Shown in pieces: positions 24,992-38,449 of a stretch of 64,000 nucleotides of DNA. How positions within the stretch are numbered: the stretch's first letter is position 1; every line of letters starts with the position of its first letter. The notes beneath the pieces were generated by a model. The model was given only the letters and a program-made list of their open reading frames with translations, made no database searches and was not told where the DNA came from. Source of the stretch: Chara braunii (lineage: Eukaryota; Plantae; Charophyceae); assembly GCA_003427395.1 (NCBI GenBank), contig BFEA01000028.1, forward strand, positions 2,241,001 to 2,305,000, written 5' to 3'. Position numbers and translations under genes: made by a program.

Positions 24992-25943
24992 GGGCTCGCC
25001 ACACCACCGTCGAAAGTGCATTTTTCTTTTCTTTTTTCCTTCCTTGAAATTGTAATTGCAAAGAAGATCTCCGAGGCCGGGGTCTTCACAGTCTACCTGG
25101 ATGAACAAAATACTTCTAAGAGCCTTACCCAACTTCGCTTTTTACAGGACCCACAAGGACCCAAGACACCAGTAGGATTGCCGACAGCCAATCCAATATA
25201 CTAATCAGTACACTGATCAAAAAGCAAAAATGGACTATTCCTATTTCCAGTAGGACCTCACTTCTATGAATTCTACTACCACACTTGTAAAACCAACTCC
25301 TAAACCTGCTTGTCACCTGGTACACTCTGAAAATACTAGATAATACGAACATCAAAGAATTAAACAGCAAAACGAAAACCCTTTCTAACAAAAATGCAAT
25401 TTTCGATAGTTTCTCATCGCCACACAGCCTTTTGAAGAGAGGTAGAAAGCTTTGCTTGCAGGGGTCTCCTATATACCCTTAGGAGTAATGGTAGGTAGGT
25501 AGGTATTGAACGAAAGATATGTTCCATGACATGGCAGAACTCCAGTTAAAAATATGTGACTTGAGAGAAAAAATGAAAAAAATAATTAAAAAAAATAAAG
25601 ACACAAAACAACTTTGCTAGTTGTCAGAGAAAGCTTCTCAACACCTCCTTTGGAAAGTGGTTTCATCCCCAGCCAGCCTGCAACTCCCAACGTGTTCAAC
25701 AGTCCTCCACTCTGCTATCAAGTGTTCATCGGAATTTGGTGAATCGGCCTGACGTTGGGACGGCTGAACGCTTGTCCCCTCCTCACACGCGCTTGTCTGT
25801 TTCCGGCTTGGATGCATTCACGAGTTCGTGTATTCAACAGTGTTGTGAGGCTAAAGGGGGGGGAACTGTCGAAGGGGCAGCTGTCAAATTTCTTCTGACA
25901 GTTGTCGATTTTTTTAGCATTGCGACAGTGGTGTGGCGAGCCC
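24992..25943. mobile_element. ~950-bp non-autonomous TIR element (Harbinger-like)
   Basis: GGGCTCGCCACACCACCGTCG ... CGACAGTGGTGTGGCGAGCCC. The same terminus bounds the hairpin element at 40741-40903. Confidence 0.7.
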
Positions 25944-26285
25944 CTTTGCATCGGCACTCGGGACGAGAAAAATCTACAGTGCAGGCAGGATGAGAAAATA
26001 TAAGAATTCGACATTGATTGTAAGAGGGTGCCTGTAACACCACCATTCAACATTGGTTCGAACTCAACAGAGAAAGCCAAATTCAAAGCGTTCCAAATAG
26101 GAAGAAAATTAATTACGCCCCCGATATGAATGCACTGCCTGTCATGTCTATACAACAACTGCCGAAAAATCGTCAGACAAAACCACCTCTGCCTCTCTCT
26201 CTCTCTCCAATTAATTACGCCCCCGATATGAATGCACTGCCTGTCATGTCTATACAACAACTGCCGGAAAATCGTCAGACAAAAC

Positions 26286-26373
<88 letters not shown>

Positions 26374-26740
26374 CCCTCCGACCTATCTCCTTTTTTTTTG
26401 TNNNNNNNNNNNNNNNNNNNNNNNNNNNNNNNNNNNNNNNNNNNNNNNNNNNNNNNNNNNNNNNNNNNNNNNNNNNNNNNNNNNNNNNNNNNNNNNNNNN
26501 NNNNNNNNNNNNNNNNNNNNNNNNNNNNNNNNNNNNNNNNNNNNNNNNNNNNNNNNNNNNNNNNNNNNNNNNNNNNNNNNNNNNNNNNNNNNNNNNNNNN
26601 NNNNNNNNNNNNNNNNNNNNNNNNNNNNNNNNNNNNNNNNNNNNNNNNNNNNNNNNNNNNNNNNNNNNNNNNNNNNNNNNNNNNNNNNNNNNNNNNNNNN
26701 NNNNNNNNNNNNNNNNNNNNGCGCGCGCGTGCGGGCGCGT

Positions 26741-26781
<41 letters not shown>

Positions 26782-27317
26782 CATGGACACCCAAGGACAC
26801 CATTAGAAAAAACGAACAAACCATGGTTGTGTGTGCAAGTGTGCAAACATGCACACACGCTCAAACGGGCAAACAAATATCACCCCTAACCCCAGCACGC
26901 TGTATTGCAGCAGCAGTGTACCACATGGCTGCAAAGACATCCCAACAATGGTCGAGGCACTGCAGCAGGCCATCCCTCATGGTGCCTACACAGTTGCATT
27001 GTTAAGGGAACTGGCAGTTTTGAAGGTACCACCAGTAGATGAACTGGCAATTTTGAAGGTACCGCCAGGAGACGAACTGGCAATTTTGAAGGTACCACCA
27101 GTAGACGAACAACGGGGGCTGTTGCAGAAAGGAGCACTGAAAATTGTTCAAGTGTCTGATCCACAAAGCAGCATGGCTCCTTGTCACCCTATGTTCAAAT
27201 TTCTTCCTTTTTGCCTTGTGGCCATTCTCCACGTCTTTTGCCCCAGAGGTCACTGTTGGAGAGGAGGGCTCCGAAGAAGGCGAAACAGATCTTCAGGGAA
27301 ACAACACAGGATCTCCT

Positions 27318-27450
27318 GTCGTTCGGGAGGTCTGTTAAAATTGGAATGATACAGAGAAAGAAGATTAGCATGGCCCCTGCTGTGCAAAGATGACACGCAT
27401 AAATCAAGAAATGGTCCATTTTTTATTATTTTTTATTTTAGGGAAAAAAA
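27318..27450 (+). pseudogene. U6: Full-length U6 retrocopy with A-tail and 10-bp TSD
   Basis: GTCGTTCGGGAGG...ACAGAGAAAGAAGATTAGCATGGCCCCTG...AAATGGTCCATTTTTT, then a T-rich linker and an A run. AGGATCTCCT is repeated at 27308-27317 and 27451-27460. Confidence 0.9.
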
Positions 27451-27538
27451 AGGATCTCCTCCTCCTGCAGGGTTTTCGGCACAAACACCCTTGGGGCATG
27501 ACTTCACTTCAATCACCAGCCAGCTGAGAGAAATATAT

Positions 27539-28255
27539 TCAGAATTCTGCCTTTGCCTTAACCCCATTGCCTTTCTCCATCTCCTTTGCCTCAGAAATAC
27601 CTGCTGGGGGAGGGGGCTGCAAAGAAGGCAAGAGCTTTGAGACAAGCACCTTCTGCGGTATGATGTCAGAGAGGAAATCAAGACGATGGTCGCCAGCCAC
27701 AGCGTGTGCAACGTCGTTGTATTGTAAACTGTATCTAGTGTCTTCGAGCATTCTTTCATAAGCGCGCTCGACAAAGGATTCTAAAAATAGCTCTGTTGCC
27801 TTCGTAATCAGAATGTTCGCCTCTGCAGTCACTAGCTGTACACCGCCTTCACTCTTAATCAGCCGCTTCACTCTTGAGAGAGGGAGCGATGACACTGCCG
27901 ACATCGACTGAGAGTGCAACGATGTTCCTCCAATCGCATACGCTCTGCTCAATCCCACACACCCTGCTGTGTCCGTATCTTCTTCTGCCATCCCTTTGCC
28001 AGCACATGAAGACGCTTCTTTCTCCATGTCACCTTCTTCTGTTGATCTAACAACATCAATTTGCCTCTCCTCCTCTCCTCCTGCTCCTCCTTTCCACGCC
28101 TTCTTCTCCTGCTCCTCCTCTTCCTCCTTGTCTCCTCCTCCTCCTTGTCTCCTCCTCTGCTCCCTCTCCTGCTTAAATATGAGAAAAGAACTCCAATGGG
28201 CTCCTCTTCTACCTAAACAAGGTCGACCGCAACAACAGATCAGGAAAGAGATCAT
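27539..28255 (-). CDS. H2A-type histone-fold protein, DPB3/POLE4/CHRAC15 (NF-YC10-like) family; 5' end uncertain
   Basis: SLPLSRVKRLIKSE...LITKATELFLESFVERAY...LQYNDVAHAVAGDHRLDFLSDIIPQK is an NF-YC-like histone fold. A plausible splice acceptor (TTCTTTTCTCATATTTAAGCAG|, exon starting at 28168) suggests an upstream exon may exist. 28255 is the first in-frame ATG. Confidence 0.85.
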   Translation of the reverse strand: MISFLICCCGRPCLGRRGAHWSSFLIFKQEREQRRRQGGGGDKEEEEEQEKKAWKGGAGGEEERQIDVVRSTEEGDMEKEASSCAGKGMAEEDTDTAGCVGLSRAYAIGGTSLHSQSMSAVSSLPLSRVKRLIKSEGGVQLVTAEANILITKATELFLESFVERAYERMLEDTRYSLQYNDVAHAVAGDHRLDFLSDIIPQKVLVSKLLPSLQPPPPAGISEAKEMEKGNGVKAKAEF

Positions 28256-28351
28256 CCGCAATCGACTGAATACACTGATAAGACTAGGACAAACACAGGA
28301 AACCAATGCTACACATGCGCATATATGCGTGCGTGGAGGGGGATGCAAGAG

Positions 28352-28441
<90 letters not shown>

Positions 28442-30012
28442 GAGATCAGCAGGTTGTAAAGACGTTTGAGAAACAGGTTGGAGGCTCCTAGCGTAGCGCA
28501 GGTAGCTTGTTATGGTGATGGTGTTTGCAAAACCATCACCATTTGTAAGTCTGCATAGGAGCGTCTACTGATCATCAGATGGAGTGCTCGCTGAAGATGC
28601 TCCATGGGCAGCAGTTAGTCAAACTCACAACTCACAGCTCACATCTGGGAAGGGAATACCCCACCGCTTCGTGCCACCTGCAAGGAATATGAGCCAAGCA
28701 GAGAGCGATAGACAGAAAACAAAGTTGCAAAATCAGGAAGTAGTCCAGATAGTCATGTACCAAGCAGAGAACACAAATGCACCAATAAACCATCCAAATA
28801 AGAGCAATACAATGAACTCGAGTGCCAATGCCGACGCTCTCTGGTCACACCAACACTGTATCCAATGTCGCTCCTACTGTCTGGCGCCCAGCGCCCAGCC
28901 TACACTACTCAGCCAATCTTTCCTATCTCCGTTCATGCGACTGGAACACATCGAAGTCGAAGACCAATGTGCATGACGTCAACACCAATGCCGACCACCA
29001 GCATACACCAGGTACGTTCTCTCTCCTCCCCTCATCACCCCTTGGTTCTCCTCTGCATGCGCCTCCTACCCGAAGACCACCATCGCCATCACCTGCCTGC
29101 GCCCCTGCAGCCCGGCTATTGCTGCTGTGCGCCCACAGCCTCAGCAGCACCCCTCACCTCAGCGCTCGTGCGCGCGTCCGACCAGCAGCGCACATGCAGA
29201 CACTAGCGCAGCAACACAGCAGCGTGTTCGCATTGCCTGCCAAGGTCAGAATGAGGCTGCCTGGGCGAGGCACTTTCGTTTACGGAAAGTGTGGCCCTGT
29301 GTCTGGCTACGTGGGCCTGGCCTGGGAAGTTTCCAGTAGCTTCCATCGGGCCCCAATGTCTACGCCCAGGCCCAACTCTGCTGTTACGGGCCTGGGCCCT
29401 TTTCAGTTGGGCACTTCCAGGCTCCAACTGTTGGCCGCATTCTCACTGGCTCGTGGAGGTTGCGTGACGACAATGCTGCTTTCTCATTCGACTGCGGCCA
29501 CTGTGTGTGTGCCCAGGGCGCAACCAACCGGGCCGTGGGCTCAACTGTGCAGCGTAGCTCTTGCTTCTGGAGGGAGCCAGCAAAGGCTCACGTTGCTTTG
29601 TAACCAACTTGCGTGCTGCAACTGTCTGATTCCCCACATATGGAAAAATGTCGTAGGAAGGCCTCAAGTGGATATTCAGGCCCGCCTTCACTTAGGGCGG
29701 GCTCAATGCCTGCTGGGGGGGGGGCACAGCCCAGAACACTTGCATGAGTAAAAGCCCCGTGAGGGCTCGATCCTCGCACGCCTGTCACACCAGATCAGCC
29801 CTAGCACAACATACAGAGCCAACAAATCACTTAGCCGCTCGCCATGTTATTACCCACAGCTCACAGCTCACATCTGGGAAGGTAATACCCCACGGCTTCG
29901 TGCCACCTATCACACCAGATCAGCCCTAGTACAACATACATAGCCAACAAATCACTTCGCCGCTCGCCATGTTATTACCCTCGGCCTTTGTTCACCTATT
30001 AACACCCCCCCT

Positions 30013-30014
<2 letters not shown>

Positions 30015-30079
<65 letters not shown>

Positions 30080-30162
30080 GGTCCGATGGACCACAGATCA
30101 GATATTAAACTGATCAGAACAGATACTACACTTGATCTTAGCCAAAAGGCCGAGAAAGGTAT
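30015..30162 (-). pseudogene. U2: Young U2 snRNA 5'-half retrocopy with long poly(A) and TSD
   Basis: The reverse complement reads ATACCTTTCTCGGCCTTTTGGCTAAGATCAAGTGTAGTATCTGTTCTGATCAGTTTAATATCTGATCTGTGGTCCATCGGACCGT plus ~60 A. ACCCCCCCTT is repeated at 30004-30013 and 30163-30172. Confidence 0.94.
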
Positions 30163-32074
30163 ACCCCCCCTTTGTTAACATAAGAGGAAAGCTAGGAAAC
30201 CCACCCTTCGAGTTCCACTGTTGTCACTGCTATGACCTATGACCGTCAGTGGTAAGCCACCCTCCTAAACCCCTAAAAGACAAAAGAAAAAGGGAAAAGC
30301 AAGCCAAGCCAGACCTCATTTCTGATATGACCGTGCTCAGATGCCAGGCAGAGGCTCTTTTTTCTTTTTTCCCCACATAAAGTCAATCCAGCGTCAACCT
30401 GATCGCCGAGACTATCAGTGTAGTTTCATTCTCGACTGATCACAGGACACAGCACCAACTGGGCTTTGAACCTTCGCCGGGCTCATTGCACAATCTCTCA
30501 TTTGGTATGTCTTCCTGCCCGCATCTGACCGCAATTGCGGCAAGATTCAGTCCAAAAAAAGTGGTAGTGAGACTACCACCAATGTGCGCGTTCTGTTCCA
30601 AAGAACACGAACCTTTTTACTGTACGGTTTTCTGTAGTCTGTCTTTTAGTCGTAAGCAAAAGTTGTTAGCCATCGCTTCTTCTGGCATTGCACAAAGAAA
30701 AAAAAAAAGAAAAACGTTTTTTTTGTCGTTATGCCCTTGAGAATTCCGTACTATCTCAAAAAAAAATAAAAATAAAAAGAAAAGAAAGCAAAGTCCTTAC
30801 TATCTTGTCTTCTTCCCCAAGGAATCCACATTGTTATCTTCCTGCCCGCATCTGACCGCAATTGCAGCAAGATTCAGTTCAAAAAGTGGTAGTGAGAGTA
30901 TGGTCACCGCCATTTTTACAAGGTAGCTGCCCTATCTGGTCTTTTACCATTCTGTCCCTGCTCCGCAAGCTTTCCCTCAATCTCAGATTCTTTCTTGCTA
31001 TTCTCTCTCTCTCTGTTCAGTCTTCCCGCTCCATGGATATCCACCAATAAGGACAAGGAGTCAAGAAAACTTGAAAAAAAAAAAAAAAACTAACTTAAAA
31101 AATAATAACAATAATAATAATAATAATAATAATAAAACCTGGTCACAGTCCACATACCCCACACTACAACGTCAGAACGTCTGTTAAGCATCAGCCTCAT
31201 AATGTGCACTCGAATGAGACCATCAACCGTGCAAAGAATCTGTCTACAGTCCACGCTATACCGGTCACAACCTCAGTTAAGCATCTCCCTTCAGAATCAC
31301 CGATCGTTAAGAATCTCCGACTCTCCGTTAAGCATCTGCGTTAAGAATTCCGTTAAGAATCTCCGTTCAGAATCTCCGTTCAGAATCTCAGTTACCTGAG
31401 ATCCACCATAGCGATTGTTAGCAGGGAAGTGTGCACTGTGCTCAGGCGAATTAGCGGTCATCGCCTGTGCTAAGAGAATCTGACCACAGTTACTGTGCAG
31501 TTAAACTGAAATTTACCGCCGCAGCTGAGTGAATGACTGGGAATCGCCGGACCACAGTTAAGAGAGAGCACACTACTTACTGTGTGTGTGTGGCACTCGT
31601 CAGATCAATGAGCAATCTGATCGAAGGACGGGCGTAGAGGCGGAAGAGCAAGTTATGGTGGACTTTTCGCAAGCCCACGGCTTTTGGCACTATAGACACC
31701 CACAAACACGTTTTTCGTCTATCAACTACGACTAGACGAAAAACGTTGCAGCTTTGCTTGCAAGGAAAAACAGGAGGCAATGCCTACTACCAATGAACTT
31801 CTTTCCTCTTGTATTGCGGTAGTCAGTTCGCCTGGTATATTACGTATGTGCGGTTCCGTTATATTAGGTTTGGTTGAACGCTATTCTTCCTGTGTTCTGT
31901 CCAATGACCCGCACGGTTGCAGTAGTCTGAGAACTCTGCACTATTCTATCCTGACGAAAGGCTGACCTGATGATGATCTGTTGCAAAAAATTCCAATTCA
32001 CAGTCTGTTTGCTCTGTTTTCTTTTCGAAGTATGTATGTGATCGGCCACTGTTGTATGGATGCCGTGCTTGCCT

Positions 32075-32139
<65 letters not shown>

Positions 32140-33899
32140 GAAGCAGGATTTGCAGCAGGAGGTGAATCTGGCGGACAACGACGAAAACATGAAAACTCTT
32201 GTGGTTTTCTTCTCGCCTCAGTGTAAGTGTGATGGGGTCTTTCCTGTACTCTCCCCAGGCTGAGGAATATTGGCATCCAAGGCAGAAGGACGTCGTGGAG
32301 GAGAAGGATCAGACTGAAAGGGGGGGAAAAAAAATAATAATAATGGAAAAGTAGGAACGAAAACACCCTTGTAGTCTTCCTAACCCGTGTGAAAGTGTGA
32401 TGATGGTCTTTCCCGCGCTGTCCACGAGGCTGAAGCGATATTGGCATCCGAGGCAGAAGAACGAAGAGGAGGAGAAGGATGAATATGTGGAGGAGATGAA
32501 ATGGAGAAGGATGACATAGAGAAAAAGGACATGAAGGAGGCGGCGAAAGATGAGGAGGAGGGACTCTGGCATATTCATCTTCCTAGCCCCCTCTACCGCT
32601 AGTCATCATCATCATCTTCATCATCATCATCATCCTCATCATCATCATCATCCTCATCCTCATCATCATCATCATCTAATCTCTCCTCGCCTTCCTCTCT
32701 GTCCACCCATTTCATCTTCGAATAATCATCGTTTCTCTACTTCTTTCATCTCCCGTGTTCTCCTGGAGGTAGGAGGATCCACCGCTTCCACACGGAACCG
32801 GACATATGCAGAGACCGCTGACGTGGACGAGGACGAGACGATGAGGGTGAAGCGAAATAAAAGAGAAAACCCGAATTAGTACAAGGAAGCGAAATGAAGC
32901 CACCATAGCCCCCTACGCCTTTTCCCATCCCGCTTCTTCCCGCCGTCAGCAACGCCATACTTCTACCCCTCCTCCTCCTCCTCCTCAGCTCACCCGCTGA
33001 TAAAAAACCAGACTAGTTCTCTCTCTCTCTCTCTCTCTCTCNNNNNNNNNNNNNNNNNNNNNNNNNNNNNNNNNNNNNNNNNNNNNNNNNNNNNNNNNNN
33101 NNNNNNNNNNNNNNNNNNNNNNNNNNNNNNNNNNNNNNNNNNNNNNNNNNNNNNNNNNNNNNNNNNNNNNNNNNNNNNNNNNNNNNNNNNNNNNNNNNNN
33201 NNNNNNNNNNNNNNNNNNNNNNNNNNNNNNNNNNNNNNNNNNNNNNNNNNNNNNNNNNNNNNNNNNNNNNNNNNNNNNNNNNNNNNNNNNNNNNNNNNNN
33301 NNNNNNNNNNNNNNNNNNNNNNNNNNNNNNNNNNNNNNNNNNNNNNNNNNNNNNNNNNNNNNNNNNNNNNNNNNNNNNNNNNNNNNNNNNNNNNNNNNNN
33401 NNNNNNNNNNNNNNNNNNNNNNNNNNNNNNNNNNNNNNNNNNNNNNNNNNNNNNNNNNNNNNNTCTCTCTCTCTCTCTCTCTCTCCGTGTGTGTGTGTCT
33501 GTGTTCTGTGACACAAACACAAATCAACAAAACTTGGCGTAAGCTGGCCGTGTGGACTGAACCGATGATGTTATTGAGAGAGATCGACAGAAATGGCACG
33601 CAAGCAAAGTGGGGCCTAAGTAAAAAACGATGGGACCTGAAGAAGCCGGAAGCCGGAGCTTAGGTCGCGATGGGGGAAGAGAGACGGGTAAAGCAGGTGC
33701 AGACGGATCTTGCCACAGGATGTCGAAAGATGGACAGTCGAGGGCAATATCCGGGAGGAGGAGGAGGAGAAAGGATCAGATCCCGGCTAACCTCTTCCGC
33801 GCGGAGTTGGTTACCGCTCCATTGACTGAAAAATAGGTTCGACTCTTGGCGGACAGCACACTGCTCATGTTCTCTCTCTCTCTCCCTTCCTCTCTGCCA

Positions 33900-34310
33900 A
33901 GCACACGCGCACACGCACACGGACGCGCACACGAACACGCACACGTACACGCACGCGCACAAGCGGACACCCGCACACGCACAAGCACACGCACTCGCAC
34001 GCACTCCCACGCCCACGCACACGCACACACGCACACGGACACGCACACACACACACGCACACGCACACGCACACGGACACGCACACACGCACACGCACAC
34101 GCACACGGACACGCACACACGCACACGGACACGCACACACGCACACGCACACACGCACACGCACACGCACAACCACAACCACACCCCTCGTGAGAAAATG
34201 CACACGCACACGCAATTAGGACAGCGGCAGTAGGCCTACGCACACTGACACACGCACATGCACACGCACAGCACAGCACAGGCACAGGCACAGGCACAAG
34301 CGCACCCTTG
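33900..34310. repeat. Degenerate (CA/CG)n microsatellite (GCACAC units)
   Basis: Direct inspection. Confidence 0.9.
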
Positions 34311-34727
34311 TGAGCACATGGACACACACGCAGTAAGGAGAGCGGCAGTAGGCCTACGATAGGGGGTAGAGGTGCCCCGGGGGAAATTACGAAAGTGGTA
34401 GGTTGGAAGGGAGTCCCGTAGGGATACCACATGGCCAAGTGCCGAAGGTGCCTGTCATATGTCCAGAAATCCAGCATTTGCTTTTCTCCAAGGGCCAAGT
34501 CCCACATACACCTTGAGCACGGTTCCACTAGCCAAGGAGTAAGGTAAACTGTGTCCCACAAACACCTTTGGGACATCTGGGGGACATCGTCTGACCACTG
34601 ATGCAGGAGATTCGGATGGCAGAGAAATTGCGAGGGATTTATATTCTGAGGTGGTTTTTTTTTTTTGTGTGTGTGCTTTTCCTTTCGGGTTCCCAAGAAT
34701 GGGAGGCGGGAAAAGAAAATAGAAAGA

Positions 34728-34765
<38 letters not shown>

Positions 34766-34773
34766 AAAACAAA

Positions 34774-36688
34774 GCTCCATCTATTGGTGGGGAGCAACAC
34801 CTGCTGGAAACCAGGTCCAGCGTCCCATAGATACAACCATATCCTCACAAATTGGCACGANCTGGGAACCGGGCCCAGCGTCCCATAAAGAGTACATTCA
34901 GAAAACTCGTCAGAAAATTTCATGCAAATGAGGCTAGGAACCTACTAGAAAAATCCAATTGGCCTAAGAATGGAATTTGAAAATTGAGATGCCGGGGCCA
35001 TTACCCGGCTTTGGCTCAGAGGATTAGAGCTCCTTCAGACATATCTATGACAACTTCATGATTCAGAAACGACTCAGAAGAACCCCCATAAATCCACTTT
35101 ACCTCCCTCCGGCAAGACTGACTGCAGCGGAGCCACCATCTCTGCTGCTGCTGTACCATACTCCCATCCTACCAGCCAGCCCCTTCACTGGTAGGACGCG
35201 TGATAACCCACCATCTTCTCCCACTTTTTTTTTTGGCTTCAGACATGTGATTTCAGAATCCGACTTAGAAGAACCCCCATCTATCCACTTTACCTCACTC
35301 TGGCAAGACTGACTGCAGCGGAGCCACCATCTCAGCTGCTGCTATACCATACTACCATCCTGCCAGCTAGCCCCCTCACTGGTAGGACGCGTGATAACCC
35401 ACCATCTTTCCCACTCACCACTCCATGCTGCTGTGCAACAGTTCTGTCTTCGTCATCGAGAGGGAGGTCCCGGAAGACCAACAAGTGCAACAGTCTTGTC
35501 TTCGTCATCGAAAGGGAGGTCCCAGGTACTTTCTAATGAAGTCAGTTGACCACGGCCGGTACCCATCGAGACTCCACTCAATGCCAATCGCATCCGTTCT
35601 CAACCACCCCCATCAGAACCCCCTTCATCCTCCCCAACTCCGTCCTAGTGAAGGGTTCGAAAGACCATATCCTCAGCACGAGCTGGACACAATCCTCATC
35701 CTGCAATCTCCTGCCCCCTCAGGGATTCCAGTCTCCGTCATCGAGAGGGTAAGCCACCGCTGCTTGAGGCCAATCGCACCAGGATGATCCCTCATCAGCC
35801 GGTACCCATCCGGCAGCTAAGCTGCCCGATGCCAATCGCATCTAATGAAAAATCCCCCAGCCGGTACCCCGCAGACGACCTGATTCAACCCTCTTTTCGT
35901 CCTCACAAAGAGTCATCTCGTGCCCTTTGCCCTCCACCTTGAACAGATCCCCCAAAACCCAACAGAACCTCCACTCGCCTGTCCCTTCTTCACCCTCCAA
36001 AACTCCGTCCTAGTAAAGAGTTTGAAAGACCATGTCCTCAGTAAGAACCAGACACAATCCTCATCTTGCAATCTCCTGCCCCCTCAGAATTTTAGTCTAC
36101 GTCTTCAAGGGGGTGAACCAACACTGTTCGAGGCCAATCGTACCAGAGTAAACCCTCATCAGCCGGTACCCATCCGACAACCCAAGTTGCCCGACGCCAA
36201 TCGCATCCAATGAAAGTTCCCCTAGCCGGTACCCCTCAGACAGCCCCAATGCAACCCTCTCTCCGTCCTCACAACGAGTCATCTCGTGCCCTTTGCCCTC
36301 CATCTTGGACAGATCCCCCAAAGCTCAACAGAACCGCCCCGTACAAATTCACGAAATAAGCTCAACAGTTCACAAAGTTTTAAGAAGCGAATTATCGCCA
36401 ATTTTTAGAGATCGTCTCAGACAACTGAAAACCCTAAAAAAAGTAGTCGCGAATCCCACAGAAACTGGAAACAGATGTGGACTGAGTACACCTGTGCCCC
36501 CCGGTGCCCCCCTCCCACACCCGACCACACCCCAGGGTAGGCAGGGATGTTATAATCCGGACAATGGGACGCTGGACCTGGTTTCCAACACTGTGGTGTC
36601 AGACTCAATGGTGAAGAAGAGAAAGATGTATCTAAGGGACGCTGGACCCGGTTTCCAGCAGGTGAGGCTCCCCACCAATAGATGGAGC
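34774..36688. mobile_element. 1.9-kb non-autonomous element with ~60-bp TIRs and internal tandem duplications
   Basis: GCTCCATCTATTGGTGGGGAGC...GCTGGAAACCAGGTCCAGCGTCCC at the left and its reverse complement at 36627-36688. Internal duplications of ~190 bp and ~370 bp. Another left end at 10137-10198. Confidence 0.75.
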
Positions 36689-37950
36689 GGCCCACCAGAC
36701 AAAGCCTCAATCCCGGTGGTTCTCTTACCACCACTGGGATAGAGGTTTTGCACAGGCCTTAAAAAAAATAAAAAAATAAAAAAATTACAGGGAATTTAAG
36801 ACAGGCTACGAATTTATAGAAATTTTAGGAATTTAATAGACTATACCATCGGATGCCCTAAATAGGATTTTCGACCAATACTATGAAAATATGGACCTGC
36901 TAAGCAGAAGGAGGGAAGGTGGAGGCCGTCATTCCTCGTACAAAAACGCGACAGACCTCAACCCCCCTCATGCTAGGGTGATAGGGCGCCACCGCTACCC
37001 CATAACTGGTCCACCTTGTTCGCACGGAAAGAAGTGTCTTCCACGCTCGACTACTCCTCAAAGTCATAAAGCCCCACAGTTACAGGGGAATACCCCCGGC
37101 CATGACTTCGTCGAACCCACTGGTTATGCTGCACTGACGGCATAACTCCCCAGGCCTCAAGCTCCTACCCAAGTTACAGAGCCTCAACTCCAGCACCGGC
37201 CTGAGTCGTCCTAACAAAATTCTCCTGACCTACCAGCCATAACCAACCATCCAACCACCTAGCCGATCCGGACCACCCTAAACCGATGCACCATCCTGAG
37301 GGAAGACAAAACAAATTCGAAGTTTACCATGATAGAAATCAATTAGGTTTGCGGACACAGGTTGAAGTTTACCATGATAGAAATCAATTAGGTTTGCAAA
37401 CACAGGTTTCTTCAAGTAGAAATTAGTCAAAACGAAGATTAGGGAAATTATGAACTCTTATCTAGAGCATCGCTTAGAAGTTTTAAAGTTTTATGAATTA
37501 AAAAAACGAGATTTATGAAATCTATCTAAGGTGTTCAAATTGGACTCATGAATATCTAAAATCAAGAGGATAATCATGATCGTGGTTAAGATCGTTGTTA
37601 AGAACAACAAAATTACGTCAAGAATTATAAACCTAACAAAAACAGAGCCTGATTTGCGATTTTCAATTTAAGAAGTGAACTCACAGGATAAAAAGTATTT
37701 TGAAGATAAGATCAAAGGACACGATCAGAAACAATCGGAGTACAATCATAAAAAGAAGCAATCAGAAAACTATCAGAGTACAATCAAAGAATTCACAATC
37801 AGAGTGTTAAGAAATTGCGGAGATTATCTCAGACTGTAGATTTCACATTATCAAGAAACCAGGCGACGCGTGGGCAGAATCCTAATCCACTAATACCAGA
37901 TTCCCGTTCCCTTTCAAAAGATGAAAAAAAATCAAGTACTCGAAGAGCAT

Positions 37951-38449
37951 GGGCCTCGTTCCACTACCCTCGACTTGAAAAAATCTCAAGGGCAGCGCCA
38001 TTCCACTACACCCTTGAGATGTCCTAATCACTATTGGAAAGTGATTACGGTTCTCGCCTCAAGAAAGTCCCGCTCTGAAACTCGAGGGCGGCCGTAGGGT
38101 GCCCAGGCAACTTCGACCAATTTTCAAGTCACCTCCCAGAGGTGACTTCAATTTTCTTGGAAACGGCGCCAACATGCGCCGCCAGGCAGTCCAGCCCCCC
38201 CGTCCGGGTCCTTTTTTTTTTTTTTTTTTTTGCCAATCACGGTTGTCCTGGCCCAGCGATGGACCTGGGTTGTGAAAATTCCCTCACGAACCGGGGTGCA
38301 CATTTTCCCGCTCCTTTTGCGAGCGGGAACTGCAGGGTGTAGTGGAACGACGACGACCTCTAGTATTTGTTAATTACGTTTTGGCTCAAGGGCACCCATG
38401 GGGCTGCCCTTGAGATTTTTTTCAAGTCGAGGGTAGTGGAACGAGGCCC
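37951..38449. mobile_element. PIF/Harbinger-like MITE with ~45-bp TIRs and CAT TSD
   Basis: CAT|GGGCCTCGTTCCACTACCCTCGACTTGAAAAAATCTCAAGGGCAGC ... GCTGCCCTTGAGATTTTTTTCAAGTCGAGGGTAGTGGAACGAGGCCC|CAT. Confidence 0.9.

Noticed and set aside
25060-25250. Penelope-like RT fragment (LPNFAFYRTHKDP)
   Set aside because: A single weak motif inside a non-autonomous TIR element.
27005-27110. Three 33-bp repeats encoding ELAILKVPPVD as a repeat protein
   Set aside because: The surrounding ORF runs into the U6 retrocopy and has no recognisable domain; most likely a simple minisatellite.
32600-32680. Poly-His ORF (32550-32879)
   Set aside because: A (CAT)n trinucleotide microsatellite with no other coding evidence.
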